Assembly (NCBI GenBank): GCA_035445085.1
Contig: DAOMQA010000001.1
Span: 118,374 to 182,373 of the forward strand
DNA: 64,000 nt
Direction: 5' to 3'
Source: Candidatus Kapaibacterium sp.
Lineage (GTDB): Bacteria > Bacteroidota > Ignavibacteria > Kapaibacteriales > UBA2268
The notes beneath the pieces were generated by a model. That model was not told where the DNA came from. It saw only the letters and a list, made by a program, of their open reading frames with translations, and ran no database searches. The position numbers and the translations under genes are program-made. Positions 29,469 to 40,438 of this stretch are shown one piece after another; within the stretch, counting starts at the first letter, position 1, and every line of letters starts with the position of its first letter.

Positions 29469-31628
29469 ATGAAATTTATATTAGCTCTTTTAAGTTGTAT
29501 AATTTTATTCAATTTTAAGTTATTATCTCAAGATTCATTAATTGTAGAGCCAAAAATTCCAGTTTTCTATATTGGTGCATTTTTGGGCTTAAATTTTAAC
29601 ATACATAATGCAGATTTTGGTAAACTACCTGGTTATCCAAGCTGTTGCCCACAATTTACTGGTGGCAGCGGTATGGGCTATGCGATAGGTATTGCTACAG
29701 ATTATCCATTATCTGATAAATTTTCGCTAGATACAAGATTTGCATTCACTTCTTTGAACGGTCTTATGACCAAACAGCAAGTAATAGGTAACACTGAAAT
29801 TAGGGACGCTAACCCACCTTATGAAACCAGTGCAATCACAGATGCTATATCAGAATACGAAATAGATGCTTCTATTCAAGCAATTGGCTTAGAAACAGCA
29901 ATAAAATATGAATTTAATCAAGGCTTTTCAGTTTTAACGGGACTCCGATTTGGCTTTTTACATTCATCGACATTTAATCAAAAAGAAAAGCTAATTAGCC
30001 CTAACAATGTTGTATTTAAAGAAAATTATACTTTAGTCCGCAATGAATTCAAACTTAAGGATATACCAGAAACGAATACTTTGCAGCTCCATTATTTAAT
30101 TGGGCTATCTTATAAGACCAAATTTAAAAATTCTATTACCATAGAACCAAATTTTAGATACTATATGCCTTTCACCAATATTTCAAGTGTAAACTGGAGC
30201 GTATCTCAATTACAGCTATCAGTAGCTGCAATGTTCCCATTATATAAGCCAATCGAAGTTAGGACCATTCGTGAAGAGATATTTAATAGGGATACGTCAG
30301 TAATTTATATAGTTGGATTAAATGAACAAACAGTAAACTTAGTGTCTACTAATGAAGAACTAAAAAGCAATAAAATAAGTGAATCTACAATATTAGAGCA
30401 AAAGATAATTAATGAGAAATATGAATTAAGAATGCCTAAAGAATCTATTTTATTAGCTAATATACAAGCAATAGGTATCAATGAAGATGGTAGCGAAACT
30501 CCTAACCCCAAAATTGTGATAGAAGAAACTGAGATTTACGAAACATTCCCTTTACTGCCGTATATATTTTTTAGCGAAAATGATGCTAATTTAGTAAATA
30601 CAGCTCAAAAATTACTTAAAAATTATCAAACAAAAGATTTTAAAGAATCAAGCATAGAACAAAACACCTATGAGGTATATTATAATCTTTTGAATGTAAT
30701 TGGCTCTAGAATGTTGGACAATCCGCACAGCAAAATTACTATTGTAGGTACCAATAACAATAGCGGTGCAGAAAAACGTAATATAAAACTTTCAAAAGAA
30801 AGAGCGGAAGTTGTAAAAGATTATTTAGTTAATATTTGGAACATCGATGCTCGTCGCATATCTTTAGATAGTAGGAATTTACCTAAAAAGCACGCAAATA
30901 ATGATTATAAAGAAGGTTTAGAAGAAAATAGAAGGGCAGAAATTTACTCGGATGATTTTGAACTATTAAAGCCTATAACAATATTAGAATTAGAAAAATC
31001 CGCTACCCCGCCGCAAATAAAGCTAATTCCTAATATAACATCTGATCTCGGAATTAAGAAATGGGATATAGGTATTTATCAAGACAAACAAGTAATTAGG
31101 AAGTTCACTGACAAAGATGACAAGCTAATTTGGGATATAGAAAATGGTATCATCCCTGCTTTAGAAAAACCTATCGACATAGAATTGACAGTAGAAGATG
31201 TGTCGGGCAAGAAAGAAAGCGTAGTAAAATCGCTCGAAATCAAACAGCTAACTATTAAGAAAAAACGCGATGAATTTGTAGATGACAAAAGAATTGAAAA
31301 ATTTGCCCTCATATTATTTGATTATGACAGAGCAGAATTGAAACAAGAGCATAAACAAATTTTGCAAGATATTAGAGCGAGAATAAAGCCTGAAAGTATA
31401 GTAACAATTTCTGGCTATGCAGATGGAACAGGCGAGAAAGAGTATAATAAAGATTTGTCATCGCGAAGAACAAAAAATGTACTTAAAGAGTTAAACTTAC
31501 CCGAAGATAAAGCTATTATTAAGAATATTGGCTCGGACCAACTATTATTTGATAACTCTACAAGCTACGGTAGAAGTTTCTGCCGTACAGTAACTATCTT
31601 GATAGAAACACCAATTAAAGCAAAATAA
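29469..31628 (+). CDS. OmpA-family outer-membrane protein with two OmpA-like domains
   Basis: Signal peptide. N-terminal beta-barrel-like region. Two G(T/Y)xDxxGxxxxNxxLSxxRA-type OmpA motifs, at aa ~430 and ~650. Confidence 0.6.
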   Translation: MKFILALLSCIILFNFKLLSQDSLIVEPKIPVFYIGAFLGLNFNIHNADFGKLPGYPSCCPQFTGGSGMGYAIGIATDYPLSDKFSLDTRFAFTSLNGLMTKQQVIGNTEIRDANPPYETSAITDAISEYEIDASIQAIGLETAIKYEFNQGFSVLTGLRFGFLHSSTFNQKEKLISPNNVVFKENYTLVRNEFKLKDIPETNTLQLHYLIGLSYKTKFKNSITIEPNFRYYMPFTNISSVNWSVSQLQLSVAAMFPLYKPIEVRTIREEIFNRDTSVIYIVGLNEQTVNLVSTNEELKSNKISESTILEQKIINEKYELRMPKESILLANIQAIGINEDGSETPNPKIVIEETEIYETFPLLPYIFFSENDANLVNTAQKLLKNYQTKDFKESSIEQNTYEVYYNLLNVIGSRMLDNPHSKITIVGTNNNSGAEKRNIKLSKERAEVVKDYLVNIWNIDARRISLDSRNLPKKHANNDYKEGLEENRRAEIYSDDFELLKPITILELEKSATPPQIKLIPNITSDLGIKKWDIGIYQDKQVIRKFTDKDDKLIWDIENGIIPALEKPIDIELTVEDVSGKKESVVKSLEIKQLTIKKKRDEFVDDKRIEKFALILFDYDRAELKQEHKQILQDIRARIKPESIVTISGYADGTGEKEYNKDLSSRRTKNVLKELNLPEDKAIIKNIGSDQLLFDNSTSYGRSFCRTVTILIETPIKAK

Positions 31629-31688
31629 GGTAACAAAAAGAAAGTTTTCACGTTATAATTTTAGGTATAATCAAAAGGATTCATAAAA

Positions 31689-34600
31689 ATGCGTAATATT
31701 TTTATAATATTATCCTTGTTTCTATTTACTTCTATCTTAGAAGCTCAAGAAACAAGACTATTGCGATATCCCAATACTTCAGCTGATGAGATCACCTTTG
31801 TTTATGGTGGTGATATTTATACAGTGGGGATAAAAGGAGGAATAGCACGACGACTTACAAGTTCTGAAGGATATGAACAATATCCACGATATTCTCCAGA
31901 CGGTTCTACAATTGCTTTTGTAGGCGAATATGATGGTAATATGGAGATATATACTATGCCCTCCATTGGCGGCACGCCTAAAAGAATCACCTATTCTTAT
32001 GTGCAACCAAATGTAGCAGACAGGCAAGGACCAGATAAGATAATAATGCAATGGACAAAGGACGGTAACGATATTCTATTTCGTTCAAGAGAAAAGAGCT
32101 GGAATATATTAGTAGGTCATTTACAATTAGTCAATAAGGATGGTGGTTTACCTACTCCAATAGAGGTTGCTCGCGGTGGTTTTGCATCTTTTAGCCCAGA
32201 TGGCAAAAAGATGGCTTATAATAGAATTTTTAGAGAATATAGAACTTGGAAAAGATATAGTGGCGGTCAAGCAGACGATATTTATATTTTTGATTTTGCT
32301 ACCAAAAAGTTAGAAAACATCTCTAATACTAAATTTCAGGATATTATCCCTATGTGGTCTGGTGATAAAATTTATTACCTATCTGATAGAGACTTTACGA
32401 TGAATATTTTTTGTTATGATTTAAAAACTAAGCAAACAAAAAAAATCACTAATTTTGATAATTATGATGTAAAATTCCCTTCATTAGGAAAGCACCATAT
32501 AGCCTTTGAGAATGGTGGTTATATTTATTTACTTGATTTAGCTACTGACGAATTTAAAAAAATACCTATAACGGTGCAAGAAGATTTCCCTGATATGAGG
32601 CCTAGCTTAGTAAAAGTAAGCAATAGAATCATAAATGGAGATATTGCTCCTAATGGCAAAAGAGCTATTTTTACAGCAAGAGGCGATATTTTTAATTTCC
32701 CAGCGGAGAACGGTAACGTTCTAAATTTAACTAATTCTAATGATGTTCATGATAGAAATGCAGTTTGGTCGCCAGATGGCAAATACATTGCTTTTATCAG
32801 CGATAGAAGTGGCACAGATGAAATTTATTTGATGGATCAGGATGGCAAGAATATAAGTCAATTAACAAATAATGGGAAATTTTATCGTTATTCTTTAAAA
32901 TGGTCGCCAAATAGTAAGTATTTATTAACACACGATAATACAAGAAATTTTTATTATATAGATATAGCAAGTAAGAAGCAAGTAGAGATTACTAAATCAA
33001 AGAGTTGGAATATAAGCGATTATACTTGGTCTAGCGATAGCAAATGGATAGCTTACACGGGCTTTGCAAACCCTAAGATAGGACAAATTATCTTATATTC
33101 TCTCGATAAGTCTGAAAACTACCCAGTTACAGATGGATTTTATTCCGCATATAGTCCAGAATTTTCTGCTGACAACAAATTTTTATATTACGTTGCTGAC
33201 AAAACCTTTAACCCTTCGTTTGGTAATTTTGAGTATAACTTCCAATATAATAATATGAGTAGTATTTTTGGTGTTACACTTCAAGATACTATATTGCAAC
33301 CATTTGCAATATATAAAAATGATGTAGTTGAAAGCCAATTAGATGTAAAGGATAAAAAAGATACAGATAAAAAAATAAATAAAGATAAAGATAATTTAGA
33401 TTTAAATCTTAGAATAGATTTAAATGGTATCAAAGATAGAGAATTTGAATTACCAATAACAGCGTCTAATTATGGTTCGCTATATTCGGCAAAGGGAAAT
33501 AGATTATACTATTCAAGAATGCAACGCGGCAGTGGAAGTAAGCTATATTATTATGATTTTGATAACTTAGAAGAAAAAGAAGTTGGTGATGTTTCATCTT
33601 ATACTATTTCGTTTGATGGAAAAACAATACTATATACTAATAGAGGCGAATACTATATTACTAAATTAGGTGATAAATTAAACGGGAAAGACGGCAAAAT
33701 CGATGTCAATAAAATGGAAGTGATGTTGGATAAGCGATTAGAATGGAAGCAAGTTTATAATGAATCTTGGCGTCACTTTAGAGATTTCTTTTATGATCCT
33801 AATATGCACGGTTATGACTGGAATCAGTTAAGGGATAAATATGCTGAATTATTGCCTTATGTAGTTCATCGTAGCGATCTAACTTATATTATTGGTGAAT
33901 TAATTGGAGAATTAGATGCTGGGCATGCTTATGTAACAGGTGGCGATATGCCAAAAGTTAAGGCTATGCCAATAGCGTCATTAGCTGCTGATTACGAATA
34001 TGATACTAAGAGTGGATATTATAAGATTACTAAAATATATGAAGGAATGAATTGGGAAACAGATATGCGTTCTCCATTCACCGAACCCGGCATGAATGTA
34101 AAAGTTGGCGATTATATTATCAAAATAGACGGCGTACCATTAACGCAATCTTTAACCCCTTCATCTCAATTAATTAATAAAGCTGATAAGTTTATTAGTA
34201 TAACTATTAACAATAAGCCTTCTTTAGATGGCGCAAGGGAAATATTTGTAAAGCCAATCAAATCAGATATTGATATTAGATATTATAATTGGGTAGAACA
34301 TAATAGAAAGTATGTTGATTCGGTAACTAATGGTAGAGTAGCATATGTGCATATCCCAGATATGATGCCTAATAATGGTTTAAATTGGTTTGCACGATAT
34401 TTCTATCCGCAAATTGATAAGGAAGCTTTGATTGTGGACGATAGATATAATGGAGGAGGTAATGTCTCGCCTATGGTAATAGAAAGGCTAAGAAGAGAAT
34501 TGGTAATTGCTAAATATGCAAGGAATTCGGAGACAATAACTACAAATCCAGATGCTGTAATGACTGGACCGATGGTTTGCTTGATTAATGAACAATCAAT

Positions 34601-34958
34601 GTCTGATGGTGATTTATTCCCTTATCAATTTCATACATTAGGTTTGGGTCCACTTATCGGTAAAAGAACTTGGGGAGGAGTTGTAGGTATTTATGGCTCA
34701 TTACCATTGTTAGATGGTTCATCGGTAAATCGCCCAGAAGTAGCTAACTTTGGAGCTGATGGTAATTGGGTATTAGAAGATGTTGGTATGAAGCCAGATA
34801 TTGATGTGGACAACGATCCATATTTAGAATTTATTGGACAAGATCAACAATTAGATAGAGGTATTGAAGAAGTACTTAAATTGATTAAAACAAGTAAGAA
34901 AACTAAATTACCGCAAAGACCACCGTTTCCTGATAAAAAACGTGATTTTGGTAAATAA
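31689..34958 (+). CDS. tricorn protease homolog (S41 peptidase with N-terminal beta-propellers)
   Basis: C-terminal VDDRYNGGGNVSP and GKRTWGGVVGI match the tricorn catalytic-domain signatures. 1089 aa. Confidence 0.85.
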   Translation: MRNIFIILSLFLFTSILEAQETRLLRYPNTSADEITFVYGGDIYTVGIKGGIARRLTSSEGYEQYPRYSPDGSTIAFVGEYDGNMEIYTMPSIGGTPKRITYSYVQPNVADRQGPDKIIMQWTKDGNDILFRSREKSWNILVGHLQLVNKDGGLPTPIEVARGGFASFSPDGKKMAYNRIFREYRTWKRYSGGQADDIYIFDFATKKLENISNTKFQDIIPMWSGDKIYYLSDRDFTMNIFCYDLKTKQTKKITNFDNYDVKFPSLGKHHIAFENGGYIYLLDLATDEFKKIPITVQEDFPDMRPSLVKVSNRIINGDIAPNGKRAIFTARGDIFNFPAENGNVLNLTNSNDVHDRNAVWSPDGKYIAFISDRSGTDEIYLMDQDGKNISQLTNNGKFYRYSLKWSPNSKYLLTHDNTRNFYYIDIASKKQVEITKSKSWNISDYTWSSDSKWIAYTGFANPKIGQIILYSLDKSENYPVTDGFYSAYSPEFSADNKFLYYVADKTFNPSFGNFEYNFQYNNMSSIFGVTLQDTILQPFAIYKNDVVESQLDVKDKKDTDKKINKDKDNLDLNLRIDLNGIKDREFELPITASNYGSLYSAKGNRLYYSRMQRGSGSKLYYYDFDNLEEKEVGDVSSYTISFDGKTILYTNRGEYYITKLGDKLNGKDGKIDVNKMEVMLDKRLEWKQVYNESWRHFRDFFYDPNMHGYDWNQLRDKYAELLPYVVHRSDLTYIIGELIGELDAGHAYVTGGDMPKVKAMPIASLAADYEYDTKSGYYKITKIYEGMNWETDMRSPFTEPGMNVKVGDYIIKIDGVPLTQSLTPSSQLINKADKFISITINNKPSLDGAREIFVKPIKSDIDIRYYNWVEHNRKYVDSVTNGRVAYVHIPDMMPNNGLNWFARYFYPQIDKEALIVDDRYNGGGNVSPMVIERLRRELVIAKYARNSETITTNPDAVMTGPMVCLINEQSMSDGDLFPYQFHTLGLGPLIGKRTWGGVVGIYGSLPLLDGSSVNRPEVANFGADGNWVLEDVGMKPDIDVDNDPYLEFIGQDQQLDRGIEEVLKLIKTSKKTKLPQRPPFPDKKRDFGK

Positions 34959-34964
34959 ACAAAA

Positions 34965-35003
34965 AAGAGAAGTAGTTCACATATGGACTACTTCTCTGCT
35001 TTT
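34965..35003. terminator. bidirectional hairpin terminator between convergent genes
   Basis: GAGAAGTAGT…ACTACTTCTC stem followed by a T-run. It lies between the tricorn protease (+) and fumC (-) 3' ends. Confidence 0.5.
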
Positions 35004-35019
35004 ATATCTAAATGAGCAA

Positions 35020-36417
35020 TTAAATGTTTGGGCCTAACATATCTTCAGGTCGCACCTTCTCATCAAATTCTTCTGCTGTTAATAATCCCAAATCTATTGT
35101 AGCTTGCTTTAATGTTAGATGGTCTTTGTGAGCATGCTTAGCAATTTTAGCCGCATTATCATATCCTATGTGTGGATTTAAAGCAGTAACTAACATTAAA
35201 GTATCATCAACATAATGTTGTATTTTTGTTGGAATCGGCTCAATACCTTCGGCGCAATGTTCTTCGAACATTAGCATACTATCAGCAAGTAAGCGAGCCG
35301 ATTGTAGGAAATTATAAATCATAACAGGTTTGAATACATTTAATTCAAAATTACCTTGTGTGCCTGCAAAGTTAATAGCAGCATCATTACCCATAACTTG
35401 TACAACAACCATCGTCATTGCTTCTGATTGAGTAGGGTTTACTTTCCCCGGCATAATAGACGAACCCGGTTCATTTTCTGGGATAGATATTTCACCTAAT
35501 CCACAGCGAGGACCAGAAGCTAACCAACGAACATCATTTGCAATTTTCATTAATGATGCAGCTAATGTCTTTAGAGCGCCGTGAGCAAATACAATAGCAT
35601 CGTGGGCTGCTAACGCTTCAAATTTGTTTGGGGCAGATACAAAAGGTAAATTAGCTAATTCTGAAATAACTTTTGCAGATTTAACGGCAAATTCTGGATG
35701 TGTATTTAGTCCTGTACCTACAGCAGTACCACCTAAGGCTAACTCGTATAGTCCGGGTAAAACAACATTTATTCTAACAATCGCATTATCTAACTGCTGC
35801 ACATAAGCAGACATTTCCTGACCTAATGTTAGTGGTACTGCGTCCATTAAGTGAGTTCTACCTACTTTAATAATCTTATCAAACTGTTTTGCTTTGCTAT
35901 CTAATGTATTACGTAATTTAGTAATAGCTGGTATAACTTTATTCTTAAGTATATCTGCTGCCGCAATATGCATAGCAGTTGGGAAGGTATCGTTAGAACT
36001 TTGTGATTTATTTACATCGTCATTTGGGTGAATAGGTTTTTTAGAACCTAACTCTCCACCAGCAATTTCAATAGCACGATTTGAAATTACTTCATTTGTA
36101 TTCATATTCGATTGCGTACCTGAACCAGTTTGCCATACTGATAAAGGAAAATGGCTATCTAACTTACCTTCAATGACTTCGTCAGCTGCCTGCGTAATAA
36201 GTTTTGCTTTGTCTGAAGCTAACACTCCAAGCTCTGCATTAGTTATTGCTGCCGCCTTTTTTAAAATCCCCATAGCTCTTATTAACTCACGTGGCATCCT
36301 TTCGTCGCCAATCTTAAAGTGTATTAAAGAGCGTGCTGATTGAGCGCCATAATATACATTATTGGGTACTTCAATTTCACCCATTGTATCTTTTTCAATT
36401 CTAAAATTCTGTTCCAT
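35020..36417 (-). CDS. fumC: fumarate hydratase class II
   Basis: [16 protein letters not shown] signature and overall fumarase/aspartase-family layout. Confidence 0.85.
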   Translation of the reverse strand: MEQNFRIEKDTMGEIEVPNNVYYGAQSARSLIHFKIGDERMPRELIRAMGILKKAAAITNAELGVLASDKAKLITQAADEVIEGKLDSHFPLSVWQTGSGTQSNMNTNEVISNRAIEIAGGELGSKKPIHPNDDVNKSQSSNDTFPTAMHIAAADILKNKVIPAITKLRNTLDSKAKQFDKIIKVGRTHLMDAVPLTLGQEMSAYVQQLDNAIVRINVVLPGLYELALGGTAVGTGLNTHPEFAVKSAKVISELANLPFVSAPNKFEALAAHDAIVFAHGALKTLAASLMKIANDVRWLASGPRCGLGEISIPENEPGSSIMPGKVNPTQSEAMTMVVVQVMGNDAAINFAGTQGNFELNVFKPVMIYNFLQSARLLADSMLMFEEHCAEGIEPIPTKIQHYVDDTLMLVTALNPHIGYDNAAKIAKHAHKDHLTLKQATIDLGLLTAEEFDEKVRPEDMLGPNI

Positions 36418-36432
36418 TATTGTCTATCTTAT

Positions 36433-39400
36433 TTAATTATTTAAAAAAGTTGAGTTTACATTATTATTTTTTTCTATAGGGGATTTCATAAATCCTGCTT
36501 TTTCAATTATTGTATTTCCAAAAGCTACTAATTCTTCTCTTTTAAACTTGAATTCATATATCCAAGCACTATCGTTACAATTAGGTTTTGCCAATCTTGT
36601 TAATAAAAGTTTGCATTGAAATTCATCTTGTTCCGGAAATAGATAACTCATTATATAAGCATATACCTGCATCTGAAGATTATAGTGAGAAGCTATATCA
36701 GATGGCGTGTTAACTTTATTTGTTTTCCAATCACAAATCACTACCTTATTATTTTCAATCATCAAAAAGTCAATTGTAGTAAGTAAAATATCATTATTCA
36801 CTGGCATTGAGTACGTAACCTCAAACTTAGCTTTCTTAATTAGTTCATAGTTGCTTTTTATGAATTTAGTCTGAGCCACATTAGTACATTCCTTAATTAT
36901 TCGCTCTTTAATACCATTATCTATTTTCGACGAAAATATCGGCTCTAAATTATCTATTAAGCTGTTTAATAATTTAAAGTCCATATTATCTACCTCTGGT
37001 AACCAAGATAGGATATGCTGCAGTATATGATGTATATATGAACCGGCAAGACTGCCTGCAATCTGATCTTCATCTTTTTCGGTATCCGCAAATTGCATTT
37101 CTATTTTAGAATCTGAATCGGGAGCAAAACCAAAAAAATATTTATAATCATACTCTAAGCCATCAGTAAAGAAAGATGTTATTTTGGTAGCCGACAAAAC
37201 GTCATTGATTTCAAAACTTTGTATAACATCATCTTTTATTACTTTCTTTGTATATTCCTCTACTTCATTTTGGATATTTTGGACGTAAAATTTAGAAATA
37301 ATCGGTATATTCAGATTTAATTCAATATCTGTTTGCTTACCATTATAGTAGATTGGAAAATTATTATTGACAATTGAAATATTCATTATATTGCCATCTA
37401 ATATCGTTCTCAAACTTTCATTATAATCAGCATCTTTAAAACTTTCAAATTGCTCTAATATTACTTTAAAGAAATTACGTGGCTGATGAAAACCATTCTT
37501 ACCTTCTTTAATACTTGCGCTAATAATTAAATGGTCCTTAGCTCGCGATAGAGCTACATATAATAAACGTAAGTTTTCTGCATCATTAGCCAAATTTTGA
37601 TTTATTTTGATTAAGTTATGCGCTATTGTAGTTATAACATTTTCAGTAATACCGTCTTCTGGTGCAGCAAATTTAATATTTACCCCTAAGTCTTTTTCAA
37701 TAATTTCTACTCTATTGCTATCCTGATAATTAGCATCTGCTAATATAACAATTGGAAATTCTAAGCCTTTACTTGCGTGAATAGTTAAAATTTTCACTGA
37801 ATTTTCATCCGAAAATACACCTGCTTCTGGTTCAGAAGAGCTTGCCATTAACGTATTTATCTGCTGAGTTAAATCACTAATATTTCTAAAACCTTTAGCA
37901 GTAAACTCTCTCACATAATCTATAAATCTATTAATATTTGCTTTTATTTGCTTGGCTCTATGCGAGTCCGTAATTGCAACAAGTAAGGATGTTCTCTCTA
38001 CAAGAAGACTTAAAAATGTATCTAATGGTAATTTATCAGCTAACTCTTTAAATTCAATAATAATATCATAAGCTCTTTTGATAAGGAAATTATTTTTATC
38101 CTTTTCATAATACTTTACAAATTTATTCCAAAAATTTTCTTTATTACTCATTAACGAAATATTCAATATATCTATGTCTTTCAAATTAAACATATTAGAT
38201 TTTAGAAGGCCTATCAAATCTATATCATTATTATCTGCAAAGAATTTCAAAGCGCTTGTTAATTCTATAATTTCCATCGTTTGGAAGAAGCCAGAGCCCG
38301 CAGAAATCTCATAGGGTATACTTCTTTTTAATAATTCGTTACCTAAAGAAGGAAATTGAGTTCTTTTACGCATTATTATAGCAATATCAGAATAATTTGG
38401 TGCTACTTTCGCATCACCTTTAATTAAATCAAACTGGTTATTTTCATTTTGAACTATATAATTGATGTAGTCAGCTATATTTTGAATTTCGGCTTGTTCT
38501 ACTTGTTCGTTATCACTTTCATTATCCTCACTCTCTACTATATCAGTATTTTCAGCAATACTATTATCTTGCCCTTGGTCCATTGTTATAAAACTAAGTA
38601 GTATTCTAATGCTGCCCACATGCTCTAATTCTTTATTATTCAGGCTTACCCTTCCATTTACAAATTCTTTGTAGTCTACATCAAATTTAGATATATCGCT
38701 TTTCATTGAGTTTTGTAAAATATAATTAATAAACCCAGTTATCGAAGGTAGCATTCTAAAACTTTCTTTTAGGCTAATAATTCCATTATCTTCTAATTCT
38801 TTGAAGTGTTCCTTATTATGTTTTTCAATATTTTTTTTGAGTTCGTTAAATACCCTTACATCTGCCGACCTAAAGCCATATATACTTTGCTTGTCATCGC
38901 CTACAATAAAAAGAATAGTTTTGGCTGTATATGAGTTTGATTGGCTATCTTCTACTATATTTTTAATTATTTCATATTGTATTTGATTTGTATCTTGAAA
39001 CTCATCAACCATTAAGTACTTAATTTTACTTCTAATTTTCTCTCTTACATTATGGCTATTATTTTGTAGTAATTCTAAAGTTTTAAGGAGTATGTCGTCA
39101 AAAGTAAGAGCCGGTAATTTTAATTTTAGATTACTAAAATGTTCATTAATCTGCTGTGTTAAATCTACTAATTTTTTAACGTGTGATGTATATTTTATGC
39201 ATAATTTTTCGAGATTATCTATTTCATTATTAATATTATTAAGCTCGTTCTTCTTTAGTTTATCAATTGATAGCGGTGTACCAACAAATAATTTATCTAA
39301 ATTCTTCATATGTTTAGATAATATTGGGTAGCTTTTAGTAATCATTGAAACTAAATAAGATCTTCCAACTTTTGTATGCAATGCTTTCAGTAATTTAATA

Positions 39401-40200
39401 TATAGCCTTATTAAATCTTTAAATTCTGTAGTATCTGTTATATTTATATTTAAAACCTCGTTGTATACCATTACCTCGCTTTCTTTAAATTCTTTACTTG
39501 CCTCCTTGTTAGATTGTTCTACAATATTTTGTATCTGCATAAGTGTATTTTTAAGTTGAGCTGTAAAACTATCTAAATAAAAATTTACAATGTCCTCTTC
39601 GCTCTTCTCGTAAAACTGATAAATTAGTCTTGCATTTTCATTACTTACAAGTAGGTTAAATATAAACTCCCTAATAGATGTATAGCCAAAAACTGCTACT
39701 ATTTCCATATAAAAAGTACGTTTGTCAAGAGATGCAAAGTCATCGTCGATTATTTTCCCAAAAATCTCATCAATTGATTGCTCAATTAATATATTCCTAT
39801 CATAATCATCTAAATCTTGATAATTATACGCTACTCCTGCCTCGATAGGATATTCTTTTAAAAGTTGCCCGCAAAATGAATGTATGGTAGATATCCGTGC
39901 ATAAATCATATTATTGCGTATGTGTTCTAATTTGTATCGCTTATCATTATCTTCTACCCTATTTATTTCATTATTTAATTCTTTTATGATTCTCATTCGC
40001 ATTTCGGCAGCAGCTTTCTTAGTAAACGTTATAGCTACTATATCTTCAATCTTTGCTCTATTATTAATGACCTCTTCATAAATGATTCTTAGGTATCTTT
40101 CCACTAATATTCTAGTTTTTCCAGAGCCAGCATTGGCAGTTACAGCTTGATGATGTTTATAATCAAGACATTTCTTTTGGTCTATTGTAAATTTTTCCAT
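36433..40200 (-). CDS. UvrD/PcrA-family helicase with C-terminal PD-(D/E)XK nuclease domain (AddA-like)
   Basis: Walker A TANAGSGKTRIL. 1255 aa. C-terminal …IDFLMIENNKVVICDWKTNK nuclease motif. Confidence 0.8.
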   Translation of the reverse strand: MEKFTIDQKKCLDYKHHQAVTANAGSGKTRILVERYLRIIYEEVINNRAKIEDIVAITFTKKAAAEMRMRIIKELNNEINRVEDNDKRYKLEHIRNNMIYARISTIHSFCGQLLKEYPIEAGVAYNYQDLDDYDRNILIEQSIDEIFGKIIDDDFASLDKRTFYMEIVAVFGYTSIREFIFNLLVSNENARLIYQFYEKSEEDIVNFYLDSFTAQLKNTLMQIQNIVEQSNKEASKEFKESEVMVYNEVLNINITDTTEFKDLIRLYIKLLKALHTKVGRSYLVSMITKSYPILSKHMKNLDKLFVGTPLSIDKLKKNELNNINNEIDNLEKLCIKYTSHVKKLVDLTQQINEHFSNLKLKLPALTFDDILLKTLELLQNNSHNVREKIRSKIKYLMVDEFQDTNQIQYEIIKNIVEDSQSNSYTAKTILFIVGDDKQSIYGFRSADVRVFNELKKNIEKHNKEHFKELEDNGIISLKESFRMLPSITGFINYILQNSMKSDISKFDVDYKEFVNGRVSLNNKELEHVGSIRILLSFITMDQGQDNSIAENTDIVESEDNESDNEQVEQAEIQNIADYINYIVQNENNQFDLIKGDAKVAPNYSDIAIIMRKRTQFPSLGNELLKRSIPYEISAGSGFFQTMEIIELTSALKFFADNNDIDLIGLLKSNMFNLKDIDILNISLMSNKENFWNKFVKYYEKDKNNFLIKRAYDIIIEFKELADKLPLDTFLSLLVERTSLLVAITDSHRAKQIKANINRFIDYVREFTAKGFRNISDLTQQINTLMASSSEPEAGVFSDENSVKILTIHASKGLEFPIVILADANYQDSNRVEIIEKDLGVNIKFAAPEDGITENVITTIAHNLIKINQNLANDAENLRLLYVALSRAKDHLIISASIKEGKNGFHQPRNFFKVILEQFESFKDADYNESLRTILDGNIMNISIVNNNFPIYYNGKQTDIELNLNIPIISKFYVQNIQNEVEEYTKKVIKDDVIQSFEINDVLSATKITSFFTDGLEYDYKYFFGFAPDSDSKIEMQFADTEKDEDQIAGSLAGSYIHHILQHILSWLPEVDNMDFKLLNSLIDNLEPIFSSKIDNGIKERIIKECTNVAQTKFIKSNYELIKKAKFEVTYSMPVNNDILLTTIDFLMIENNKVVICDWKTNKVNTPSDIASHYNLQMQVYAYIMSYLFPEQDEFQCKLLLTRLAKPNCNDSAWIYEFKFKREELVAFGNTIIEKAGFMKSPIEKNNNVNSTFLNN

Positions 40201-40250
40201 AATCTATTTTTTTTATTCAAAAATAATACTTACTTTTGTAATACAAACAT

Positions 40251-40323
<73 letters not shown>

Positions 40324-40332
40324 CAAAATAAA

Positions 40333-40366
40333 GGTCTTTTGCAAGTCGGCAAAAGACTTTTTTTAT
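40333..40366 (+). terminator. rho-independent terminator
   Basis: GTCTTTTGC-aagtcg-GCAAAAGAC hairpin followed by a T7 run, directly downstream of the tRNA. Confidence 0.7.
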
Positions 40367-40438
40367 TTTAATATCTAAAATAACAGAAATTATGAGTATT
40401 TTTGAAATTTCTAATTAGTAATTAATAAAGAAATTGAA

